A stretch of 64,000 bases of DNA from Moritella sp. (GCF_033791185.1 NZ_JASJHF010000014.1:46-64045), one strand, 5' to 3'. Numbered from the stretch's first letter, positions 44,438-53,769 are shown. Notes: generated by a model not told the origin, from the letters alone. Translations and numbers: made by a program.

Positions 44438-45142
44438 ATGAACGTTTTATCCACCTTGTTTTACACTATCGTATTTAGTATAGGGACCTATGCTATGACT
44501 GCATCTGCCGTACAGGCTGAATTATATCCTTTTCAAGCTAAGTATTCGGTCTATTACAAAGACGTAAAATTCGGTAATAGTGAACGTTTATTACGCCGTT
44601 TAAATAATTATGATTATAAATTAACAAGTACTGCTTCGGTATTGTTAGGGTCGGGCAGTTATGAAAATAACTCCTGGTTTAAATTACACAATGGTTTATT
44701 AACCGCGCAACGTTACAAACATGAAACTACCGTGGTTGGTTTTAGCTCGGTATCATCGGGTATTTTTGATGATGAAGGCAATATCGTCATGGATTACGAT
44801 GACAATCAAGTGCAAGTGAAATTACAATCCCATGTGATGGATGTTGGCGCAATGACTATTCTGTTGCAAAATGACCTTAAGCTTGGCAAACAAGCATTCA
44901 ATTACCAATGGGTATTTGAAGAGAAGGTCGAAGCCATTGAGTTCGAGTTATTACAAGAAGAAACCATTAATACGATCTTTGGCGAAATGCAAGCCGTGAA
45001 GCTTAAGCAAGTAACCAAGAAAAATCGTATTTCTTATTTCTGGTTTGTACCGAAATTGGATTATCAACTAGCGAAAATTGAAGTCTATAAAAAAGGCAAA
45101 CGTTGGGCTTATTTAAAATTATCTGACTTGTCTTTCCAATAA
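44438..45142 (+). CDS. Exported DUF3108-like protein (ORF open from 44384)
   Basis: Signal-like N-terminus; ETINTIFGEMQAVKL, YFWFVPKLDYQLAKI resemble DUF3108. Confidence 0.7.
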   Translation: MNVLSTLFYTIVFSIGTYAMTASAVQAELYPFQAKYSVYYKDVKFGNSERLLRRLNNYDYKLTSTASVLLGSGSYENNSWFKLHNGLLTAQRYKHETTVVGFSSVSSGIFDDEGNIVMDYDDNQVQVKLQSHVMDVGAMTILLQNDLKLGKQAFNYQWVFEEKVEAIEFELLQEETINTIFGEMQAVKLKQVTKKNRISYFWFVPKLDYQLAKIEVYKKGKRWAYLKLSDLSFQ

Positions 45143-45217
45143 TCTTACCTGCCTGTTTACCCCGACTAGGCTTCCCGTTACACTGCTGATATTCACTTGT
45201 AATCAGAACGATATGAA

Positions 45218-46621
45218 ATGACAAAGCCAATCATGATAATGGGCTGCACGAGCGACGCGGGTAAAAGTTTCGTGGTTGCTGGTTTGTGCCGTATGTTTGC
45301 CAACCGAGGAGTGAGTGTCGCTCCCTTTAAAGCGCAAAATATGAGTAATAACGCTGCCGTTACCGCTCAAGGTAAAGAGATTGGCCGCGCCCAATACTTA
45401 CAAGCCATTGCTGCTAAAGTTATCCCTGACGTACGTATGAATCCAGTCTTACTTAAACCTAGTGCTGATACCCAAAGCCAGCTCATTTTAAACGGTAAAC
45501 CAGCCCCTGAATTGAGTAATATCCCTTGGATGGAGCGTAAAGAATACCTCTTTAATCATGTTGAGAAAGCCCTTGTTGATCTGCAACAAGACTACCAACA
45601 AATTATCATTGAAGGCGCGGGCAGCCCGGCAGAAGTTAACTTACGCGCCAGTGATATCGTCAATATGAGTGTTGCATTGGCCTGTAATGCCGATGTTTAT
45701 TTGGTTGCTGATATTGATAAAGGCGGGGCATTTGCGCATTTACTTGGCACTTTTATGTGTCTTGCCGAAGCTGAGCAGAAACTGATTAAAGGCTTTGTAT
45801 TAAATAAATTCCGCGGTGACCCGCTATTGCTAGGTAATGCAATGGACTGGTTAGAAGCCAAAACAGGCGTACCAACGGTGGCCAATATCCATTACTTTCC
45901 GCATCAGTTACCGGAAGAGGATACCTTACATCATCGTGCGGCCTATAAAAGTGACCATATTAATATAGCCTTAATCGCCTACCCGTATGCCGCCAACATG
46001 GATGAATTTGATAATCTGATCCATCAAGATAATGTCAGTGTTGTGCCACTACGTGATGGTCAATCATTAACTGATTTTGACGCCATAATATTACCTGGCA
46101 GCAAAAATACTGCAGCGAGCTTATTACATTTACGTGAATCAGGATTAGCCAACGAGATCTATAAAGCGGCGCAACGTGGTCAACCAATCTTCGGTATTTG
46201 TGGCGGTATGCAGCTGTTGGGTGAACAGATCCTTGATCCGCACTATATTGAAGCTGGTGATGAACAAGGTTTAGGGCTACTGCCTATTATCACTGAACAT
46301 GCGCAAACCAAAACCACAGTGCAACGTAATATTAACTGGCAAGGCTTTAAATTATCCGGTTATGAAATTCATCATGGTAAAACTACGATCAGTGATGCTA
46401 GCCAATCAACAGGCTGTAAAGGCTTTATCGAAGCGGATTTAGGTTGGCAGAAAGGTAATGTTTATGGCTGTTATTTACACGGTTTGTTTGATAACAAAGG
46501 CTTTATTAATCAGTTTTTAGCTAATTTAGGCTGGATAGGTGAAGCCGATGATCATGCTGTGAGTCTAGATGCTGAATTAAATCGGGTTGGTGATATGTTC
46601 GAGAAATTGAATTGGTTGTAG
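45218..46621 (+). CDS. cobQ: Cobyric acid synthase
   Basis: GCTSDAGKS, PFKAQNMSNN, EGAGSPAEVNL, DIDKGG, GICGGMQ, YLHGLF. Confidence 0.93.
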   Translation: MTKPIMIMGCTSDAGKSFVVAGLCRMFANRGVSVAPFKAQNMSNNAAVTAQGKEIGRAQYLQAIAAKVIPDVRMNPVLLKPSADTQSQLILNGKPAPELSNIPWMERKEYLFNHVEKALVDLQQDYQQIIIEGAGSPAEVNLRASDIVNMSVALACNADVYLVADIDKGGAFAHLLGTFMCLAEAEQKLIKGFVLNKFRGDPLLLGNAMDWLEAKTGVPTVANIHYFPHQLPEEDTLHHRAAYKSDHINIALIAYPYAANMDEFDNLIHQDNVSVVPLRDGQSLTDFDAIILPGSKNTAASLLHLRESGLANEIYKAAQRGQPIFGICGGMQLLGEQILDPHYIEAGDEQGLGLLPIITEHAQTKTTVQRNINWQGFKLSGYEIHHGKTTISDASQSTGCKGFIEADLGWQKGNVYGCYLHGLFDNKGFINQFLANLGWIGEADDHAVSLDAELNRVGDMFEKLNWL

Positions 46622-46675
46622 GGCGTATAGCTTAGCTATCGGTAATAAAATAACAATAGAATGGCAAAGTAAATA

Positions 46676-46701
46676 AAGCAGGTAAACGCTGTTACCTGCT
46701 T
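46676..46701. terminator. Hairpin between convergent cobQ and pdxH
   Basis: AAGCAGGTAA-ACGCTG-TTACCTGCTT. Confidence 0.6.
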
Positions 46702-46741
46702 AATATAGTGGTGTATATGCGCTGCTAGAAATAATATTCGG

Positions 46742-47395
46742 CTATGGCGCTAGGCGATCAACACGCCAATCATCCCCATCTTTCACATAACTAAAGCGAT
46801 CATGTAAGCGATCGGCTTTACCTTGCCAAAATTCAATACTACTTGGCTTCACTACATAGCCGCCCCAAAATTCAGGTAATGGTACTTCTTTATCGGCAAA
46901 TTTATCGGTGAACTGTTTAACTTGTTGTTCAAGGACTTTGCGTGAACTGATCACTGTACTTTGTGGTGATGCCCATGCGCCGATTCGGCTACCACGTCCG
47001 CGAGACTGGAAGTAAGCATTAGAATCTTCAGCTGAGATCTTTTCGACCACACCTTGAATTCGCACTTGACGCTGTAAAATATTCCAATGGAATGTTAACG
47101 CGACATGTGGGTTATGAGCGAGCTCTTGGCCTTTTCTACTGTCGTAATTGGTAAAGAAAACAAAGCCTTCTTTGGTCAATTCTTTGAGTAGTACAACACG
47201 GCAAGAAGGATCACCATTAGCATCCACAGTAGACACTGTCATGGATTCAGGCAATATGATGCCGCAGTCTTGCGCCGCTTTGAACCAGTTTTGGAACTGT
47301 TCAAATGGGTCAACACTGGGATCGAGATCGGGCAAGTCGATTAATACGCCTTGCCCTAGGGTAAATATACAACGAATTTTATTTAATAAAGACAT
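46742..47395 (-). CDS. pdxH: Pyridoxamine 5'-phosphate oxidase
   Basis: RVVLLK, FFTNYDSRKG, RQVRIQG, EFWQGKADRLHDR. Confidence 0.96.
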   Translation of the reverse strand: MSLLNKIRCIFTLGQGVLIDLPDLDPSVDPFEQFQNWFKAAQDCGIILPESMTVSTVDANGDPSCRVVLLKELTKEGFVFFTNYDSRKGQELAHNPHVALTFHWNILQRQVRIQGVVEKISAEDSNAYFQSRGRGSRIGAWASPQSTVISSRKVLEQQVKQFTDKFADKEVPLPEFWGGYVVKPSSIEFWQGKADRLHDRFSYVKDGDDWRVDRLAP

Positions 47396-47404
47396 AGTTA
47401 AGCC

Positions 47405-47668
47405 TTATGCATATAGACCCAAGTTTTCTTTAGCGTACTGTTCAAATTCAGAACAACCACCAAGGTGTTTTTGATCGATGAAAATTTGTGGAACAGTATT
47501 TACTGGTACACCGGCTGATTTTTCTAGGTCTGCTTTGCTGATACCTTCTGCAAGCATATCGATGTAGTTGTAATCGAAATCTTCATTATCAGCTTTTAAT
47601 GTTTCTGCAATTTGTTTTGCACGTACACAGTAAGGGCAACCAGGACGACCAAAGATAACTGTAAACAT
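47405..47668 (-). CDS. grxA: Glutaredoxin 1 (ATG at 47668)
   Basis: MFTVIFGRPGCPYC, TVPQIF, GGC. Confidence 0.95.
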   Translation of the reverse strand: MFTVIFGRPGCPYCVRAKQIAETLKADNEDFDYNYIDMLAEGISKADLEKSAGVPVNTVPQIFIDQKHLGGCSEFEQYAKENLGLYA

Positions 47669-47797
47669 AATATTAAATACTCCGGGAAAATAAAATTGGT
47701 TTAGCACGCTATGTGTACTTTCGTTACAAGTATTAGTGGCTAGTGAGTGACTTCACTCTTAATGCTTACATAATATGTTTTTCTGAAATAAAATGAA

Positions 47798-47834
47798 ATT
47801 GTTTATTGAATAATAATTGATAGGAATTAGCTAT
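47798..47834. promoter_or_regulatory. OxyR-type binding site upstream of grxA
   Basis: ATTG-N7-AATA-N7-ATAG-N7-CTAT (consensus ATAG-N7-CTAT repeated); grxA is a known OxyR target in E. coli. Confidence 0.55.
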
Positions 47835-47973
47835 TGATGACGAATTTAACATTATCAGTATAACTTCTGTTAAGAAATGTAAATTTTTCGCACCGAGTTC
47901 GAATAATTGCAGAGATAAATAGCAATCAGGATTGTAATCAGTGATAATTATCTATTAATTTTTATAAATCAGC

Positions 47974-49335
47974 TTGAAACGACATATGAAATCATTAGAG
48001 TTTTATCAATCTACGATTACCAACTTAAAGCAACTGCCGATGTCGGCAGAGCATATTGATGTTTTACTTTCTGCGCATGATTTTAAAACAAAAATATTAG
48101 ACTTAATTGCTTCATCTTCGAAACGCATTTATATTTCGACTTTATATCTCCAAGATGATGATGCGGGTAAAGAGATCCTTAACGCGCTTTACCAAGCCCG
48201 AGTGAATAACCCAGGATTAGTAATTAAAGTGTTCGTTGATTTTCATCGAGCACAACGTGGTCTCATTGGCCAAAAAGAACATGGCGGTAATGCCGACCTC
48301 TACAAAGAGATGCGCAAAAATCTGGGCGATAAGGTGACTATCCTTGGAGTGCCAGTGAAAGGTAAAGAAGTATTGGGTGTATTACACCTGAAAGGCTTTA
48401 TCTTTGATGATACCGTGCTTTATAGTGGTGCGAGTATTAATGATATCTATCTACATCTAGGGGATAAATACCGTTGTGATCGTTATCATGTACTTTATAA
48501 CTCTGCTTTAGCAGATAGCATGGTCGCTTATTTAGAAGATTACTTTGTTAGTCAAAGCGCGGTAACACGACTTGATGATGATATGATCCCGTCAAGTAAA
48601 GCGATAAAACAAGATATACGTCAGTTTAAACAAACGCTACGCAGTGCCCAATATCATTACATCAACACGCTACCAGAAAGTAACGAAGTAGGTATCACAC
48701 CTATTTCAGGTTTTGGTCGTCACGGTAATAAATTAAATCAAACTATCACCAACTTATTACGTTCGGTCGAAAGTGAAATTACGATCTTCACTCCGTATTT
48801 TAATTTGCCGCTATCCATCGCCAAAGATATTAAGCGCCTATTAAAACGTAATGTGAAAGTGACGTTGGTCATCGGTGATAAAACTGCGAACGACTTCTAC
48901 ATTCCACCGTCAGAACCGTTTAAAGTGATATCTGCGTTGCCGTATATCTATGAAAGCTATCTGTATAAGTTTGTGAAAAGCTGCCAGCCTTTCATCGACC
49001 AAGGTCTGCTTAATGTGAGATTATGGAAAGATGAAGGTAATAGCTTCCACCTTAAAGGTATATGTTGTGATTTTAAGTATCACCTATTAACAGGTAATAA
49101 CTTAAATCCACGTGCATGGGGTTTAGATTTAGAGAATGGTATTTTGATCCATGATACTAAACAGTTATTAAAAGAGTCCCTGCAAGCTGAGCAAGAGCAT
49201 GTGTTGAAAAATACCCGTCGTATTGAACACCTTTCTGATTTAGAAAGCATGACGGACTATCCTGCTCCAGTACAGAAGTTTATGCGCCGTATTAAAACCA
49301 CGCGCTTGGATATGTTACTCAAACGTATCTTATAA
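47974..49335 (+). CDS. pssA: CDP-diacylglycerol--serine O-phosphatidyltransferase (PLD type)
   Basis: Two HKD motifs: LHLKGFIFD and FHLKGICCD; TGNNLNPRAW.LDLENG. Confidence 0.95.
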   Translation: MKRHMKSLEFYQSTITNLKQLPMSAEHIDVLLSAHDFKTKILDLIASSSKRIYISTLYLQDDDAGKEILNALYQARVNNPGLVIKVFVDFHRAQRGLIGQKEHGGNADLYKEMRKNLGDKVTILGVPVKGKEVLGVLHLKGFIFDDTVLYSGASINDIYLHLGDKYRCDRYHVLYNSALADSMVAYLEDYFVSQSAVTRLDDDMIPSSKAIKQDIRQFKQTLRSAQYHYINTLPESNEVGITPISGFGRHGNKLNQTITNLLRSVESEITIFTPYFNLPLSIAKDIKRLLKRNVKVTLVIGDKTANDFYIPPSEPFKVISALPYIYESYLYKFVKSCQPFIDQGLLNVRLWKDEGNSFHLKGICCDFKYHLLTGNNLNPRAWGLDLENGILIHDTKQLLKESLQAEQEHVLKNTRRIEHLSDLESMTDYPAPVQKFMRRIKTTRLDMLLKRIL

Positions 49336-49369
49336 TATAGCGATTGTTAAACGCATAAATTATGCTAAT

Positions 49370-49402
49370 AAAGGCTTGTTACTGTTTCGGTAACAAGCCT
49401 TT
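49370..49402 (+). terminator. Terminator after pssA
   Basis: AAAGGCTTGTTAC-TGTTTCG-GTAACAAGCCTTT. Confidence 0.8.
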
Positions 49403-49547
49403 GTCGTTTTAATGACCAGACACTTAGTGTGATTCGAATGAAATGAGGATGTAAATTAGTTTCATTCTTAGTAAATACTATTGCTCTGGTCTAGCTTGCT
49501 GATTATACTCTGATTAACTATCAAACAATTATACTGGCTGTGATTTC

Positions 49548-49850
49548 ATGTTCGGATTATTAAAACGATTTTTTTCTGACTCAGATATTAAACCTGTGGA
49601 CAACACTCCAAGCGTTGAACCGGTGCATTATAATGGCTATCTTATCTTTGTAATGCCACAGGAAGAAGCCGGTCAATACCGCGTAGCGGGTTTAATTGAA
49701 AAGCCGGTTGTCGGCGATGTAGACGCTGAGAATTTAAAACACCAATTTATTCGTTCTGATGTTTGCATGAGCAAGCCGCAAGCTGAACAGATCACCTTAC
49801 AAAAATGCAAGTTATTCATCGATCAAGTTGGCGATAACATGTTTAAGTGA
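49548..49850 (+). CDS. HlyU-family (PF10115-like) small conserved protein
   Basis: MFGLLKRFF, EPVHYNGYLI, GQYRVAGLI, HQFIRSD, KCKLFIDQVG. Confidence 0.75.
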   Translation: MFGLLKRFFSDSDIKPVDNTPSVEPVHYNGYLIFVMPQEEAGQYRVAGLIEKPVVGDVDAENLKHQFIRSDVCMSKPQAEQITLQKCKLFIDQVGDNMFK

Positions 49851-49886
49851 TCGATTAATTTTGACTAATTAACGCTGGAGTTCACT

Positions 49887-50528
49887 ATGTTTTTTGCAAA
49901 AAATAAGCTAACCATGGTCAGCAAATCGGATGCACTGCCGGATAACCCAACGGCAATACCTGTTGATGCGTTACATTATGTATCTGGAACCAATATGGTG
50001 CCGCCTTTTGTTGCCCAATATCACGTATGCTATTTCGCAATGGGCTGTTTTTGGGGCGCGGAGCGATTATTTTGGTCGGTACCCGGTGTTGTGACTACAG
50101 CGGTCGGTTACCAAGGTGGTTATACTGTCAATCCAAGTTATCAGCAAGTATGCACAGGTCAAACAGGGCACACGGAAGCTGTGTTAGTGGTTTTCGATCC
50201 AGAAGTGATTAGTTATGCAGAATTATTGATCTTGTTTTGGGAAAATCATCAGCCGACCCAAGGCATGCGCCAAGGTAATGATCAGGGTACACAATACCGT
50301 TCAGCACTGTATTGCACTTCGCAGCAACAATTGTCTGAAGCCAAAGCTTCTGCAGCCTATTATCAACAAGCGCTGACTGATGCTGGTAGTACTGAGATGA
50401 TCACCACTGAGGTTGATCTGGCTGGCCCCTTTTATTATGCCGAAGCCGATCATCAGCAATATTTGGCGAAAAACCCCCAAGGTTATTGCGGCTTAGGTGG
50501 CAGCGGTATTTGTTACCCGAGTAATTAA
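49887..50528 (+). CDS. msrA: Peptide-methionine (S)-S-oxide reductase
   Basis: [40 protein letters not shown]. Confidence 0.96.
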   Translation: MFFAKNKLTMVSKSDALPDNPTAIPVDALHYVSGTNMVPPFVAQYHVCYFAMGCFWGAERLFWSVPGVVTTAVGYQGGYTVNPSYQQVCTGQTGHTEAVLVVFDPEVISYAELLILFWENHQPTQGMRQGNDQGTQYRSALYCTSQQQLSEAKASAAYYQQALTDAGSTEMITTEVDLAGPFYYAEADHQQYLAKNPQGYCGLGGSGICYPSN

Positions 50529-50530
50529 AG

Positions 50531-51172
50531 ATGATCGCAAGAGATAGACGAATTTTATTTATACTTGTGTTCACAGTGCTGGCTTTTATGTGGCAAAGTG
50601 CGTTAATTGCACCACTTAAAATTCTAGTGGTGTTCTTACATGAGCTTAGCCATGCACTGGCGACTTGGTTAACTGGCGGTAAGGTTGTGGAGTTTGTGGT
50701 CTCGGCTTATCAAAGTGGTCATGTTCGCTCTGTGGGTGGCTCACGGTTTATTATTCTGAGTGCGGGTTATTTGGGGTCATTACTGTTTGGGCTGTTATTT
50801 TATGCCGCCAGTAGTCGCCGCAAGACCACCGATATTAGCTTAGCGTTATTAGCTATTACCATGTTGTTGGTTGCGATACTCTTTGGTGGCACCTTATATA
50901 CTATTGGTTTTGCGGGCGTTATTGCTGCGCTGATCATGGTGTTATTAAAGTATGCCAGTGCGGCGATTAAGCAAACCGTGCTGTTAGCGTTTGCCAGTGC
51001 CAGCATGATTTATGTGCCGTTAGATATTTGGCAAGATACCATCGTGCATAGTGGCTCATTATCTGATGCCCGTATGTTAGCCAATGAAATGGGTGGTGCG
51101 ACCTTTATGTGGGGCGGTCTGTGGTTTGCAGCTAGTTTGTATTTTATTTATTTAACCTTACGAAAATCCTGA
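50531..51172 (+). CDS. M50B family membrane metallopeptidase
   Basis: FLHELSHA (HExxH), AGYLGS, SDA; multiple TM segments. Confidence 0.85.
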   Translation: MIARDRRILFILVFTVLAFMWQSALIAPLKILVVFLHELSHALATWLTGGKVVEFVVSAYQSGHVRSVGGSRFIILSAGYLGSLLFGLLFYAASSRRKTTDISLALLAITMLLVAILFGGTLYTIGFAGVIAALIMVLLKYASAAIKQTVLLAFASASMIYVPLDIWQDTIVHSGSLSDARMLANEMGGATFMWGGLWFAASLYFIYLTLRKS

Positions 51173-52029
51173 TCTAAGCTTGCCGTTAGTATATTGATAT
51201 GAATATTGGCATTATCAGTGAGTTCAATATCGCTGATAATGCTTAAATCAAACGCTTTACCGTGCTCTTTATTAGCCACTTCATAACAACCTGAATACAC
51301 ATTTAATGGCTGGCAAGACTCAAACACATTATCACGTAACAGTTTTGCTATCGGTTGCTTAATCGCTTTTGCTAACGCTTCTTTTAATGTCCAAATACGA
51401 TACCAGGCCATAGCATGGACTGCTTTGGCGATCTCCTCAGCGTTTGTGCTATCTTCAACGTCATCTTCAATTTGAGCCAGACAGGCTTGTAACTCTTGTG
51501 CATGGTAGTAATGCTTAGCGACTTTGGCGAGAGAGCGTTTGGTCGAGATCCATTCTAAATCAACCCCCAGTTTAATGGCTGGTATTGTTGCTTGGTTTGT
51601 CGTCGACATATTTTTTGTGGACACCAGCGCAATGAGCACTTGACCATGCGAGTGGGAAATACAGCAACGTAGGGAGATAATCTCGTCATGATGGTAGACA
51701 TTCAAACAGGTATCTTTGTCATCAAACAGCACACACAATGCGTCAAAATCATAGCCTAAATGCTCGCTCGCATAGGTCTTAATGATAAAGCGGCTAGCGA
51801 GATACTCTTGTTTGGCTTGCAGTTGCTTACGCTTAGCGAATATAACTTGTTCATGGGGGTGTAAATACTGCTTAGCCAGTGCGGTGATCTGTTCGCTCTC
51901 TATGGTATTGCTGTTAAATAAATACGCATCAATGGCCCCAGTACGACTATCACTAGCAGCGTTGCTCGGAAAGTCGGCATGCGAAGTAAAGGTTAAGCGT
52001 TGGCTAAAGAATACTGCTGTGTCTGGCAT
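51148..52029 (-). CDS. Sfp-type 4'-phosphopantetheinyl transferase, PfaE-like
   Basis: EYLASRFIIK, ISHS, LGVDLE, WTLKEALAKA PPTase motifs; 293 aa; pfaE identity is inferred. Confidence 0.85.
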   Translation of the reverse strand: MPDTAVFFSQRLTFTSHADFPSNAASDSRTGAIDAYLFNSNTIESEQITALAKQYLHPHEQVIFAKRKQLQAKQEYLASRFIIKTYASEHLGYDFDALCVLFDDKDTCLNVYHHDEIISLRCCISHSHGQVLIALVSTKNMSTTNQATIPAIKLGVDLEWISTKRSLAKVAKHYYHAQELQACLAQIEDDVEDSTNAEEIAKAVHAMAWYRIWTLKEALAKAIKQPIAKLLRDNVFESCQPLNVYSGCYEVANKEHGKAFDLSIISDIELTDNANIHINILTASLDQDFRKVK

Positions 52030-52083
52030 TAATGATGAGACCGTTATAGTGCTGTGGACTGAAAGTATAACAATCTCTTGCTA

Positions 52084-52632
52084 TTACTTCAGTAAACGGC
52101 GTAATTTTTTTTGTTGTAGCACGAACCATTCCGGTGTTGTGGTGGTGATTCCTTCTGGCTTCAGCTTCGGGTGAGATACCATGATTTTATTAATGGTTAA
52201 TTCTTGCTGTTGCTCGACATCAATAAATAATATGGTTTTGCCATTTTCGAGGTATTGTTTGAATGCTTTGCTATTAATGTTGGGCAGTTGAATACCAATA
52301 TGATCACCTTCCCAAGTACAAAAAACCAGTACCATTAAAGCGAACATGATAATCGGCATGCCGCCCAGAGGGCCATTATACCAGCCTTGAATATAAGTCA
52401 GTAACAAGATACTGATGGCGAACACAATGCCAATGACACTACCGATATCACCGGGCTTAATTAAACCTTTCTTAAGTGAGTTATCCACTTCATATAAATG
52501 GTGCTTACCTAGGGATTGATCATTATTGCTTAAGGTATGGATCTGGCTTTTATCTATGCCATAGGATTGCAATTCATGTTCGATAATTTCCAGTTCATCA
52601 ACCGAATCGACGATATAGTAATGCCTTAACAT
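52084..52632 (-). CDS. Conserved hypothetical two-TM membrane protein
   Basis: RHYYIVDSVDELE..E.EL...G, helical hairpin, CTWEG..IG. Confidence 0.7.
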   Translation of the reverse strand: MLRHYYIVDSVDELEIIEHELQSYGIDKSQIHTLSNNDQSLGKHHLYEVDNSLKKGLIKPGDIGSVIGIVFAISILLLTYIQGWYNGPLGGMPIIMFALMVLVFCTWEGDHIGIQLPNINSKAFKQYLENGKTILFIDVEQQQELTINKIMVSHPKLKPEGITTTTPEWFVLQQKKLRRLLK

Positions 52633-52701
52633 GTTAACCACCTTTACAGCTCAATGGTATGAGAATAGTTTTAGCGCACAGCTTTATTATAGTAGAAAAT
52701 G

Positions 52702-53484
52702 CTATAGCAGAAGAAACTTATAGCCTAATGAGGCCATCAATAACATCAGCGATACTGATAATGTTTTACGTACAAAAGCGGGACCAAACTTCATTGCTGA
52801 CGCACTGCCTAAATGATTGCCCATCAGATTCATGAAAACTAACGGGATCGCTAACATATACAGTAATTTTCCTGCCAGCATAAACGCAATCAGTGCACCA
52901 ATATTCGACGAGAAGTTAAATAACTTTGATGTTGCAGATGCCGAGACTAAATCAAATTTTAATAAGTAGTGCAGCACTAATATCAAGAAACTGCCCGTAC
53001 CAGGTCCAAAAAAACCATCGTAAAAACCAATCGAGAATACCGCTAATGGTACGCCAAAATAGATAACCTTGGTATTAATAGTCTGTTCACTGTGATGATT
53101 ATCCTGCTTGGGTATAAAGGAGATGACAATACCTATGGGTAGCATCGCGAGGATTATTTTACCGACAGTATCAGGATCAAAGTAGAGGATCGCTTCTGCG
53201 CCCAAGTAAGCGCCAACTAATCCTGCGGGGATCCCTGATGCGGCAGCTGTCCAGATCACCTTTTTATTTTTAACGAAGTTACGGATCGCCGCAATGGTAC
53301 CAAGCGTACTTACTATCTTCTCTTGCCCTAGTGCGACTTGTGGTGGCAGTCCCGCCAAGATGAACGACGGCACCAATATTAGGCCGCCACCGCCTGCAAT
53401 GCTATCAATAAAGCCTGCCGCGAAAGCCGCTGTCATTAATGCTAGCAGTATCCATAACGTAATATCCGATCCAAAAATGTCCAT
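52702..53484 (-). CDS. TauE/SafE (TSUP) family exporter
   Basis: AGFIDSIAGGGGLI, GFYDGFFGPGTGSF, SKLFNFSSN. Confidence 0.92.
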   Translation of the reverse strand: MDIFGSDITLWILLALMTAAFAAGFIDSIAGGGGLILVPSFILAGLPPQVALGQEKIVSTLGTIAAIRNFVKNKKVIWTAAASGIPAGLVGAYLGAEAILYFDPDTVGKIILAMLPIGIVISFIPKQDNHHSEQTINTKVIYFGVPLAVFSIGFYDGFFGPGTGSFLILVLHYLLKFDLVSASATSKLFNFSSNIGALIAFMLAGKLLYMLAIPLVFMNLMGNHLGSASAMKFGPAFVRKTLSVSLMLLMASLGYKFLLL

Positions 53485-53524
53485 CGTTATTATTTCCTCG
53501 GGGTAAGTAATTTGGCCATTTTGA

Positions 53525-53562
53525 TGATCTTTATTTGATCTTTATTTGATCTTAACTGGATC
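53525..53562. repeat. 11-bp tandem repeat giving four phased GATC sites
   Basis: TGATCTTTATT x2 + TGATCTT...GGATC; GATC at 53526, 53537, 53548, 53559. Confidence 0.9.
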
Positions 53563-53580
53563 AGGGATGGCGAATTGTGA

Positions 53581-53670
53581 TGACATATGTCAATTTATAC
53601 GGTATTGCATTACCATGAGGTATGTCAATTATATTTGTACAATTAATTAACAAATATAATTGTACAAATA
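53581..53670. promoter_or_regulatory. Candidate MocR operator region
   Basis: Palindrome TGACATATGTCA; direct repeat TATGTCAATT x2; inverted repeats TATTTGTACAATTA/TAATTGTACAAATA and ATTATATTTGT/ACAAATATAAT. Confidence 0.65.
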
Positions 53671-53769
53671 GACAGATGTAATGGATCTAGCTCTGTATGT
53701 TTTATTCCAGCAAGGTAAACTAAGGGCAATTAAGATTATGTTTTTGCAGTGTTCATTAGAGGCAAGTGA

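Noticed and set aside
45143-45217. Cobalamin riboswitch upstream of cobQ
   Set aside because: Only 75 bp and no B12-box
49548-49850. HlyU as a haemolysin activator or virulence marker
   Set aside because: No ArsR-type HTH is visible; this is the unrelated small family that shares the name
53521-53562. GATC-rich repeats resembling oriC 13-mers or Vibrio chromosome II iterons
   Set aside because: No TTATCCACA DnaA boxes nearby and no gidA/mioC, rctB or parAB context; kept only as a promoter feature
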